A stretch of DNA of 63,987 nucleotides, counting the filler, from Dirinaria sp. TL-2023a (taxonomy: Eukaryota), in NCBI GenBank assembly GCA_051941275.1. It is 15 parts of 15 records of this genome, joined end to end, with 100 filler letters (N's around TTAATTAATTAA, not from the genome) between each part and the next. Parts side by side here need not be neighbours in the genome. Positions count along the whole stretch, not along the records: positions 34,497 to 38,684 come from JAVEBF010001891.1; positions 38,785 to 42,969 come from JAVEBF010001892.1; positions 43,070 to 47,253 come from JAVEBF010001893.1; positions 47,354 to 51,530 come from JAVEBF010001894.1; 11 more parts are not named here. The stretch is one strand, 5' to 3'. A program made the position numbers and the translations under genes. Below, in pieces: positions 37,746 through 48,946 of the stretch. Position 1 is the first letter of the stretch. Each line of letters starts with the position of its first letter. The notes beneath the pieces are model-generated. The model searched no databases, had not been told where the DNA came from, and saw nothing but the letters and a program-made list of their open reading frames with translations.

Positions 37746-39451
37746 TCCGTACACTTTCCGAGTTCTAGCTGCAGGAGCCAAGGACTCGGCGGCTGCACAT
37801 GACCCGCACGAACAAGGGCTGCGAGTTCTATGACCGTAGCGGGGGGGCAGGAACGCTCGCTTAGACGAAGAACTAAATGCATGGCGATTGGCAGCAAATG
37901 GTTTTGATCGATGCATGAGGTACAGGTCACGGGGGAAGACATGGAAAATTAAATGCGTTTCATGCGTGGGATGAATCCACTGCTCCCCCAACAATTCGTT
38001 GGGGTACCTCTGAAGCTGTTCTCAAAGCGAAGGGCGTGAGGTACTCCGTACTTGTACTTGACCCTAAAGATGCTCGGCAGAGTACTAACAATGTACCTCC
38101 ATGAGTAGTGTAGGGAGATATATAGATTGGCTTCCATTTCTTTGGGGGCCGTCGGCGCACGATGCAGACGATACTTAAAGTAGCAATGCGGGGTGGTGGA
38201 TGTGGGAAGGGAATGGCATTTCTCTGCAATTGCGATTCAAGCAAAACGGGCTCAAGACAGTCCCTTACCCTCGTACCTCTGTACCTACATACTTACTTAC
38301 AGTACATTTCTATCTTGCCAGCCCAAAAGACGCAGGTTCGTTATCACTTATCTGGCCCACTTGACACAAGCGGCATGTGTCTGGAAGCTGGCAAGTATCG
38401 ATGTATCACCAAGTGCCAAGCGTGGAATGAGCACCAATCATCTCTGCTCGTTGCCCTGGATCATGACGCAGGGCTTGGCAACACGAGCGTGAATCGGGCA
38501 TAGCGAAGAGTGATTGCGGGGTTGAGCGAATCAAGGCCGATTCCCAGTCTTGGGCGCTAAATTGCTTGGGGCGATTGAGGAGCTTCCGAGCTTCATCCTC
38601 TCGATTCCTCTTCTACCCTTTTCCGCCTCTCGGTCTTTCTCTCCTCCTTCTTCCCTCCCCCCCCCCCCACCTACAGCTACAGCTNNNNNNNNNNNNNNNN
38701 NNNNNNNNNNNNNNNNNNNNNNNNNNNNTTAATTAATTAANNNNNNNNNNNNNNNNNNNNNNNNNNNNNNNNNNNNNNNNNNNNCTACTATGCGGAGGGA
38801 AACCTTCCACGCCGTCTCAACAAAAAAAACAAATGGGAAAAAAACCCTTTTCTGAACGAACACCGAAGACCGGCTGATGGTATAGCCTAACCCCCCCCCC
38901 TCAAGATCTTCTTCTTCTTCGGGCAGTGTGACAATACTAAGAAATTCGAACGGGTAAGGGAGACGCTGATGAAAGATCAAGGAAGGAAGGAGGGTATGTT
39001 ATGTTAGGATTTGAGGATAGTATTGGGAGAAAGAAAGAAAGGGATTTTTTACTTGAAAAAGTTAATTTTTGGGGGGGGAGGGGTTAGGTTGATTTATATT
39101 CTGTAATCTGTCTTTTTAAGCACGAACATCTGTCTTTCGGTTTTCTTTTTTTTTTTTTTTTTGTTTTGGAGGATTTATATATAGAGAGGAGTCTCGGTGA
39201 GAGTCACAAGAACAAGGGGGGGAACTATATACACTTCACCTCATTTATTAATTCATTTTTTTGGATCTCTACTTACCTTACTCTCGCATTCCAAAAGAAA
39301 AATTCTCTTCAAACAGAATAATATTATAAAACAAAGACCACCACTACTCTACTATGCCGATATACTACTACCTTTATTTTGAACTGCCCATACCACCACT
39401 CCGCCACTTTTTTTTTTTTTTTTTTTTTTTTTTCTCTCTTCTTCTTCACCT

Positions 39452-40072
39452 TCACCTTCTTCTTCTTCCCGCTGCACCAGACCCCGATGCCTCTGCGTCC
39501 TCGGGACATTTCACATGCTTACAGAGCCGGGTCGGATCCGCCACCATGAACAACTGGCCCCGGTTCGCGACCTCGACGACGAAGAACGCTGTCGACTTCG
39601 TGCGCCAGTCGACCTGCATCGAGAGGATCTTCGAACCGGGGGGCACCAGCCGCTTGGCCCAGTCGGCGTCGCTCTCGCCTTCGTTCGGCTTCACGTTCAC
39701 GCGCGCGCCGCCGTCCTTCACCTGCTCGGCCGCCTTGTTTGTTTCTTGATAATTTCGCGATGGCGGCACGTCTCTCTTCTGAACGGTTTTCCCGGGGGCC
39801 GGCGGGGCTGCGGGCGGTGGTGGTGGTGCGGCGGGTTTCGGTTCCACGTTCACACTCCGCTTGGAATCGTGCATCTGCGCCGCAAACGTTTCCCACATTG
39901 TATCATCGGGATGCACCTTCGAGTGCCAGTCCGCGCTCAACGGTAGGATCCATGGGGCCGGAAGTTTCGGTGGGGAGCGCTCTTGGAGGGAAGGAGAGGT
40001 TGGGGAGGCGAGCGCTAGGGGGGAGAGGAGGAGGAGGAGAAGGGAGAGGAGAGTGGTTAGTACGAGATGCAT
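39452..40072 (-). CDS. Small secreted protein of unknown function
   Basis: Leu-rich signal peptide MHLVLTTLLSLLLLLLSPLALA, KR dibasic sites, a Pro-rich linker and GC-rich coding composition. Confidence 0.7.
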   Translation of the reverse strand: MHLVLTTLLSLLLLLLSPLALASPTSPSLQERSPPKLPAPWILPLSADWHSKVHPDDTMWETFAAQMHDSKRSVNVEPKPAAPPPPPAAPPAPGKTVQKRDVPPSRNYQETNKAAEQVKDGGARVNVKPNEGESDADWAKRLVPPGSKILSMQVDWRTKSTAFFVVEVANRGQLFMVADPTRLCKHVKCPEDAEASGSGAAGRRRR

Positions 40073-42342
40073 GATGGTGCTATACAAAAGTTTGCTTTAT
40101 GTGAAGAATAGATAGAGTGTATAGATATTAGGGCAGTAGATGGGGTAGAGAGTGTATGATAGATGATAAAGTGAATCTGTAGAAGCGTTATGCAAATGGT
40201 AGTATGCACGAGACTTTTTCAAATTCAGCTGATGGTGAGAGGGAACAGGAAGTAGGAACGGGGAAGTTTCTTATATACCTAGGAAGGGAAGTTTTCCCTT
40301 TTGTTGAGACCGGTGGCTCACATTTGAGAAAAGTTAAGGAACAGAGGTACCGTGCTCTACTCTCCTGAGAGGGAAGGGTGACTGCCAATCGCGGTCTAGA
40401 GATTTTGAAGCTCGAGCTTTCAGTGTGTGATTCATACTTACGTTGACATGCTGGCTTCGGTGATGAAAAACAGGATTTTTTTGGTTGAGTTGAATTGTAC
40501 CGAGCCGAACCAGGGTTCCGTCTTATATGCTTGAAAAAGTCTTTTTTGGTTCTTCGAAAAGTTAAAACGATGATGGGGATTTTTTTGGCGTGGATGTGGC
40601 GCGAAGGAGGGTGAAGAGTGAGAAAAGAAAAAAAGTGGAGTGACTCAATGAAGTGAGGGGATGATGTTGAGAAGTACATAAGCTGAATTGTGCTCGGATA
40701 GTTGAAAGTCACTAATTGACTGTGATTTGTTTTTATCACCTTTTTTTTTTTCCTCTCTTGAAGAGAGACTTTGAATGTGAAGTCAGAGATTCAAATGAAT
40801 GAATGAACGAGATTGTATTGAAAGAGCTACTTCCCCTTCTAGATCTCGTACTGCCGAGAAGAAGAGATTATATTCATTTATCTCATCGTCAGGGAGCAAA
40901 GACGGAGATTCTATGCTCAGAAAATCGACTGGTCAAAGCAGGATATTCAGATATAAATCATAACTCAACCCAAATCTCAAATTTCACTCAAAAATATCTT
41001 TCTCTGTATTTCTTCCATTCAACCAAAAATACGAGCATCAAATTACACATAACATACTTTCAAAGTGGAAAGTGCCTTGCGTGGCCCCATCATGGTTACC
41101 TCATCTTGTTAGTAAGCAGACGGCTACATGTAGCCAGAGCTTCTGCTCTGAACAATTTATTCTGCTTCTACAGTACCTACAAGAACGCTCACCCTCGTAT
41201 TCCACTTTATCTGTCGACCTTCGATGCGATCAAGTAGTCCTAAGCAGTGGTCGTAAGTCCTTAAGTCTTACGTGTCGATGACTTTGCAAGGGATCGTTTA
41301 CTTGCAATAGACCGTGTGTTCTCAGAGAGTATCGTCGTACACCGAGCTCCCGTTGTTCTTCATACTCCTTTGACTCGCCTGCTCTCTACCCTCATCAACA
41401 TTCGACCGTGTTCATTCTGACCCACAAATCCTGAACTCAACCTCGTCAGCACACACTCCAAAGCCTCTGGCCGTGGAGCTGGCTGAAATATCCGAAGAAT
41501 CCGGTTTTACACCTCTTCTCTAGACTCCCAGAACACCCCGCTTCTAGCTCGAACAGCAATTCTGCATCGTTCGGTTCTGTGAATCTCTGGACTGAATTAT
41601 CTTACAACCACCTCGAAATTTATCATCATCGTTCACATTCCCTGGAACTAGCGAAGAGCCTGTCAGGATTTGTCACCAGCTTCGGATCTGAACCCTGACT
41701 CGACAGATACTACCTCACCCTGTTACCCAACGCCCATCACCCCAGCTGTGGTGGGACCACGGAAGGCACCTTTCCACTTCGTCTAATCTAACTCTAACAT
41801 GTCTTCTTAATCAGCGCCATGATCCGATCCAGAGGTGATTCCGCAATGCAATGCGTCTCAACACAAAGCTTGGTTCGAGATGGAATCAGTAACGCCACAC
41901 CCAGAGAAATCAGGTACGAAGGATATCGTACTTTCCTTAGAGGAGAAGAGACGGCTGCCAATCTCGGCCTGAAGATTCTGAATCTTGGTGGTTTGGTTGT
42001 GTGAGTCATAACATAACATTTTAAAAATATGCTGAGCTTCGGCGATCTTAAGAACATGGAAATTTTGTTTGTTTTGTTGAGCCGAAACTCAACAACAACG
42101 ATCGCGAATGAAAGAGCCGAACCGCGGTTTCCACTCCACGAAGCCAAGGCATGAAGTGAGCCGTATACAAGAAGAAGCATGCTCGCAGTTATTGGGATCA
42201 GATTTTTTTTTCTGCATTTCGTGTGAATTTGAATTATCTTTCGAAATCTCTTGGACTTCTTCTTTGACACATAGATTCCAAGAAATATACCTAAGCAAAG
42301 AGACCAAAAGAAAAGAAAGAAAAAACCACACAAACAAGAAAA

Positions 42343-42969
42343 ATGCACTCACCTCTCTCCTTCCTGCTCCTGCTCCTCCTCACCTTCTTCTCCTCAAGCC
42401 TCGCCCTACAACAACCAGTGTACCCCCTCTCTGGGGCCCTCGGCCCGGACAAAGCACCTAAACCCGCATCGATCCCATCGCTTGGGAACGAAAGATCTCC
42501 AAAAGCGTCTCATCATTATTACTCGGAGCCAAAGATCCAAATGGCGAAGCGTGGTCCCCCGGCATGGATTGCGTCGTGGATCCTTCCTCGTCCCGGAGCG
42601 CCCGTTACGGAGGTATCGACGGCGATCACGACGTCAACTTCTCTTGTTTTCGTGACGGGCACGGTTGGGGCTGGTGATACGACGTTGAAGACGTCGACGA
42701 CGAGGGCAGGTTCAGAAGCGCAGGCGACGACGATAACCACGTCTGCGACTTCTATCGTTGTAGCGACCTCAACCGTGAGCCCGAAGACGTCCTCAAGTAC
42801 CACGCCACAGTTAACGACGTTCACCTCGACGATGACTTCTGTCGTTGTCGCCACGCAAACCGTGGATCCGAAGACGTCACCAAGTACGATCTCACAATCA
42901 ACGACGTCCACCTCGACGATGACTTCTGTCGTTGTCGCCACCCAAACCGTGGATCCGAAGACGTCACCA
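42343..42969 (+). CDS. Secreted Ser/Thr-rich tandem-repeat (mucin/adhesin-like) protein, truncated by contig end
   Basis: Signal peptide MHSPLSFLLLLLLTFFSSSLA and 29-aa Thr-rich repeats. The ORF is open to the linker. Confidence 0.78.
42742..42969 (+). repeat. 87-nt coding tandem repeat (~2.6 copies visible)
   Basis: ACGATGACTTCTGTCGTTGTCGCCAC..GTGGATCCGAAGACGTCACCA at 42829 and 42916, with a diverged copy before them. The unit is TMTSVVVATQTVDPKTSPSTISQSTTSTS. Confidence 0.85.
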
Positions 42970-43150
42970 NNNNNNNNNNNNNNNNNNNNNNNNNNNNNNN
43001 NNNNNNNNNNNNNTTAATTAATTAANNNNNNNNNNNNNNNNNNNNNNNNNNNNNNNNNNNNNNNNNNNNCCACCCATCCATCCACTCCAACCCGCCGCAA
43101 CAATCTTTGCCCAAAAGAAGAAAAAAGGGGGGGAGAGGGGAAAGTCACCC

Positions 43151-44329
43151 TCAAACCTCCATCTGCCCCGCGACATCCTCGTCCCCGGACCCGAAACTGC
43201 CTACGGAACTCATCTCGTCCTCCGACTCGTCTTCGTCGCCGGCTTCATCGGCTGCGTCTTTCGTGGCGAATTTACTCACGTATTCTGTTTTTCATTTGCA
43301 GGTATGTTAGTGTTAGTGTTCTTGGATGATAAGGATAACGGTCATAGGATGAGCCGCGGGGGGGGGAATCAGAGAACCTTTCACTCTCAATTCGTAGGTT
43401 TTGGGATCGCGCATCAGCAGCGCAGCGGCTTCCCCGTTCAGCGGATCGGTCGGGTTCGGGTACCGCAGGAGTTGCGGCAGGAAGACTTCGAAGATGTTGA
43501 TCATGTCGAACATGGGCGACCAGGTCTGGTTGATGACGTCGAGGCAGACGGAACCGGATCTGGATCGGTGGTTAGTCTTTTTGTAAGGGCCTTTTTTGGG
43601 GCAAGGGGCAAGGTTGGGAATGCGAAGGAATAGATGAGCAGAAGATAATTTTATATGAGTGTGTGAGTTTGAGTGTGACAAGAAAGGGGAGCAGAGCCTA
43701 CAGCTCGTCGATATTTGGGTGAAAGATTCGGTTCACAAAGCCAATGCTGGGGCTCTTGTAGGGATACTGGTCGGGTAGCTCGACGTGGATTTTCCAGAGA
43801 CCGCCTTTGAAGGGTGCTAATGAAAAGGAAATGTGAGCACCAGTGGTAGGCATACAGGAAAAGGCTTGTATACTTTCTTCAGGACCCTTGAAGCGGACGT
43901 AGAACTCTTGCCTTTCTCTTTACGTTAGCGAGAACTACCCGGTTGTCGATAAATAACGATTTTCCACCCGCAGCGTACACTGTGCTGCTGTCAATTATTG
44001 ATCCAGTAGTTTCTGTGTACAAGGAGCCACTTGCTGTTATCGTTGACCAGGGTCACCTCGTAGTCGCTCATCAACCTGCACCAACGCTCAGCCACAGTTC
44101 TTTCTTGACGTCTTATGCTCCACCACGGCTCTTCCAAGGGGTGGTATACATCCTAGCTCCTGATCAGTATACGAACAAGCATGAGCAACAGCTTCAGACT
44201 CACTTCATGACCTGTCCACAAGCAAGCGACCTGTATCAGCATGCATTCCTGCTATTTCCCTTCCACGATTGGGTATGGGTTGTGCCAGAGACCTACGTCC
44301 GTCTCTATCCTCCTCTTTGGACTACTCAT
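43151..44329 (-). CDS. UBC8: Ubiquitin-conjugating enzyme E2 Ubc8 (UBE2H) with microexons
   Basis: Proposed exons 44329-44297, 44211-44204, 44152-44150, 44075-44035, 43979, 43911-43874, 43816-43702, 43559-43378 and 43284-43151. These give [79 protein letters not shown] plus an acidic tail. Confidence 0.93.
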
Positions 44330-45335
44330 TGTGCCGCGTGCGGCTTCCCCGCTTTCTTGCTCAACGTTGGATAGGGTTCAGGACGCAGGTGGGCAAGGTT
44401 ATTCGTCTTCGAGTATTGTATCACTGACGAGGTGACCAACAATACACTCATAAACAGAATATGCTTCAACCGCTCTTGTTTTGTTCAAGTAGAACTGGGG
44501 CTGGTATAATAAGCGTTCACTTGGAGTCGTGGAGGCAACAATGTTGAGAGAATACAGCTGGTGTAGAGCAGGCCTAAGCTTCTGACATTGTCTGGATCAA
44601 TATAATGCTGCTTGTTGTTGTTGCCCGATCGACACCTTTTGATGGAGTGTAGAAGTCAGGGTGTGTAGAATATGTACTACTGCTTGGTCAGAGGATTGCA
44701 TGCAGAATGAATGACAAAGGCGTGACCCTGTATGACTCCCAGTGACCTGTGACCACCCGAGCCCGGAAGCTTATGGCGAGCATAAGCGCGAGAATTGTCT
44801 CAACCCCTTATCCCAATCCCCAGATAATGGCCGCCTAGAAGTACCGAGAGTACCTACCTTACTATAGGTACCTAGGGCCGAGGGGGCCCAGGTACCGAGG
44901 CGAGCGAGGGTACCGCCTAGAAGGTGCTCAATATGTCATCGATCACGTGATGCCGAAATTTCCCTGATCGGGCAATTCTCTTCTATCCATCGCACACTCG
45001 CACTGATACGATAATTCACTTCAAACCCCTGGATAACCGTGGAACAAATATCAATAATGGTAAGTACGTATTAAAGATATATTACTCAGGGACCAGAGCT
45101 GCGATGCCTTAGCGGCCGGACTCGCCGGACTACCTTATCCACCCGATCAGAGCCACAGATAAAATCGTAGCCGATTCTCAAGACTGCGCTGCACTCACCA
45201 TCACGAGCTGATTCTTACAAAACTCCCAAACCCCTTCACCGCAACAATGGATCCGGCGTCATCACTGCCATCTGTCTCCTTGGTGGATTTATCTCTACCA
45301 TCTCAAAATTTTCCGAACGAGCCTGGTTGAGTACA

Positions 45336-46505
45336 ATGGCTCAAGTGGTCACTTCAACCCGGCCGCTGCTTCAACGTGCTCTATGTAATAAGCAAAGTCT
45401 TCGAGGATCTGTAGCCGTGCGCCCGGTGACTGTCCCGACCGGTCAGACTCGCCACAGCTCGCACTCCCCCTTGGGCTCGCCGCCGGCGACTCCCAGAAAG
45501 AAGACTACCATCAACACTTTACGCTCGCTATGGCAGAAGCAAGAGCCCATTACGATGATCACGGCACACGACTTTCCTAGTGCACACGTTGCCGACCATG
45601 CTGGCATGGACATGATCCTGGTCGGAGACAGTCTGGCTATGGTAGCTCTCGGCATGGAAGACACAAGCGAGGTAGTACTTGAAGAGATGATATTGCACTG
45701 TCGGAGCGTATCGCGGGCTACTAAGTCGGCCTTTACGGTATAGAGCGCACCTCTATGGGCCAGTCTTCCTTCTCAGGCTAACGTCTGGTCCTAGATTGGT
45801 GATCTACCTATGGGCTCCTATGAGATAGCCCCTGAGCAAGCCCTCGAATCGGCCGTCAAAATTGTCAAAGAAGGCCGAGTCCAAGCCGTCAAGCTCGAAG
45901 GTGGCCTTGACTTCGCACCGACGATCGAGCGTATCACTAAAGCCGGCATACCTGTTCTGGGTCATGTCGGCCTGACCCCACAACGACAGAATGCATTAGG
46001 TGGATTCCGTGTCCAAGGAAAGACAACCGACGGAGCTCTCAAGGTTCTCCAAGACGCTCTCGCGGTCCAAGAGGCAGGCTGCTTCGCCGTCGTTCTGGAG
46101 GCCGTCCCGGCGGAGGTAGCATCCCTGGTCACCAGGAAGCTAAGGATACCGACTATCGGCATTGGTGCTGGTAACGGCTGCTCTGGGCAAGTCCTAGTGC
46201 AGGTTGATATGTCTGGCAATTTCCCTCCAGGCCGCTTTCTACCTAAATTCGTGAAGCAGTATGGCGACGTCTGGAGTGAAAGTATGAAAGCCATCCAAAG
46301 CTATAAAGGTACGTCTATCTATCGTTCTCTTCTATCCTGTCCTACCCTACTTTGACTGTGCTAACATACAATAGATGATGTCAAAAGCCGCGCCTACCCC
46401 GCTCCTGAGCACACCTATCCGATGCCTGTAGAGGAGCTTAATGAATTCGAAAGACTCATCGGCATGCAGCAAATCTCTACATCGCGTGCAGTCGATTCAG
46501 CCTGA
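45336..46505 (+). CDS. ECM31: 3-methyl-2-oxobutanoate hydroxymethyltransferase (PanB), with probable mitochondrial presequence
   Basis: Exons 45336-45737, 45795-46308 and 46375-46505. Motifs ITMITAHD, ILVGDSLAM, GDLPMGSY, VKLEGG, GHVGLTPQ and PTIGIGAG. Confidence 0.95.
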
Positions 46506-48946
46506 CGATCCTAGCACCCATGATTTCAATCTCTAGCTGATGCATCTAACGATCACCATTCACGAAAGCACCTTAGACGCATTGGGCGGCGCGAATCTCT
46601 CGGCATCAACGATGGGTAGGATGGCCTTTTCTTTGCATGTTGCAGTGGCGCGTTTTTTTCACAATCATGATTATCAATGATAGATGAACATTATGAGCAA
46701 TAGCAAAGATCGATAGAAGGATATCACAGCAACTCACACCTATTCACCAGCATTATTGCCTTTTGCATACACCTTCCCCACTTGCGGACCCTTTTATCAT
46801 AATATTTGTATGCCTCCCTTTCTAGGCTCCATTAGCGAGAAACTCATCGAATATTCCACCGTGCGCAGAGAGAAAAAACTCTAGACTCAAATCTCGATCG
46901 AGCCAGTCAGTCAATCACACAGGGTAAGTATATCTCGATCCCTGACTCTCACACTCAAATCTAAAAACGAAATACCTTCCATTCTCCTTTACCTTAGACT
47001 CAATTTCTGGATCGAATCAGAATCAGAATCACACAGTATTATCTCTTGACCCCTCTGACTCTCGGCCCCCTACTCACAATGAGAAACATGAAACCCTTCT
47101 CTGCTCCTTTTAAATCAACACCCTTGAATATCTCCGTTACCTCCGCTGAGGAAAGAGCCTTCCTTTCCCTTCCGCTCATCCATCCCCAAAAACCCCCTTC
47201 CGCCTCCAAAAAAAACTCGCCACTCTTATTTATCGTATTCTCTCCCCGAAAGCNNNNNNNNNNNNNNNNNNNNNNNNNNNNNNNNNNNNNNNNNNNNTTA
47301 ATTAATTAANNNNNNNNNNNNNNNNNNNNNNNNNNNNNNNNNNNNNNNNNNNNGCTCGGGGTAGGCGACCTGGTCGAGAGGAATGAAAGTAAAGTCTAGT
47401 AGGGGATGGTGTCGAGAGGTCTCATCGTATCTCAGATCTCAAAGTGAAGTAGGTCACAGAAGATCTCGTTTGCAGCGTTTTCGCCTTATCCTCGCTCTCT
47501 CCTATCTCTATCTCATGCCGATACTCTTCTTCTTTCGATGCGTCGTCTCCAAGAGTGATAAAATCAAGGCCTAAGCCTTCTTCCCAAAAGGAATGTCTCC
47601 TGGAACTAATCTGCATTAGCCATGCCGGTGAGATCTGAGGATATGTTGCTGACCCATGATCTGGGTCATAGCTCATCTACCACTCAGCATAGCTTCGAGC
47701 TGGAAGCGCAACTCTTCAAATTCAACGCTTGCTTATAATTGTGGTGAGGCGAATATTAAAAATAAGTTCGAGGTAACCTGAACCCGATAGCCGAAGGACG
47801 AAAAAGTGAGGGAGAAGCTGCGGAGAACATGACTCAGCGTACATTCTCCTCTATACATTTGATAATTACGACTCAGTTGCTTCGACGATCGGCAGAAGAG
47901 TAAGATTGCGGTTTTATTCTGCCGTTGCCCGGAGAACCTCTTGGAAGGTGATTGCTGGCATGTCTGTGGTTGCTTCAGGAACCGAATTCGGCCTGGGCAC
48001 ATTGAGCTGTACGAAAACGGAATAGCGCTGGAGTAGGAGTACGCCCGCACATGGTTTGGCGCGCAAGACACTTCTCGACTGCTGGAGGTATGAGGTACCT
48101 ACGATGTCAGTACTTTAAGGTCCATAATGCACTGCTTTGCTAACTTCGCTTTTGGTCCTGACCATTTCCATGCCAGTGTACCTGTAGCCAGCTAGCAGTC
48201 CAAAGAAAACTCTTTAAACCAGCCAGCGCTGCTGGTTCGTCTTTGCCAGAAATCATCGTGGCAATCACTACGAGTTGCGGTTCAAACTACCTCGAAAGGT
48301 CGCCGCTATGATCTATGGTCTATGTTCCGTTAATCAAAGACGCGGTACCTTACGACATCTTGGCTTCATAGGTTTTTGTGTGATTTGTGCTCAATGAGCG
48401 TAGCCAGGTTCGAGCTGTTAAGCAGCTCGTAGACCGCAGTTGTGAACAGCCGAAACTGCCCGTTTACTTTATGGATGGACTAGATCGCTGAATATCGAAA
48501 AGTGCACATTATGATCCTCAAGAGTCTGGAAGTCTTGGTGTCCCCAGCCATCTCTACCAAGGAATGTACGCTGTGGGAATAGCGGTTCGCACCCCTTGCA
48601 GCACGCACGAGGTCCCATTGTAAGAGCTCGTTTCTTGCCATTGGCTCTTGCTATAGTGGTTGCATATGGAGACGAAATTTGCATTCTACCAAAAAATGGC
48701 AGAGCTGGGAAACTTCAAGGGCAGAGGGCATCGAGAGGCTTTCTCTCTACTATTCTCTCCTACTAGGACTCTCTCGCCTCAATGATTGACTGCTCCAAAA
48801 TCAACCTATGTGGCAATGAAAACTATCATACAACGGAAAAAGCACGATCAGACTTGTGATTAATCCTCCCTTGCGAACTTCGTCTGCAGTAGGAGCTTCC
48901 TGAAAAGCTCTGCAGCTGGTGCAAAAGCAAGGATAGATGCACAAGC

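Noticed and set aside
31124..46505. Two CoA/pantothenate genes (CAB2, ECM31) suggesting a metabolic cluster
   Set aside because: They lie on different contigs joined artificially, so proximity is coincidental.
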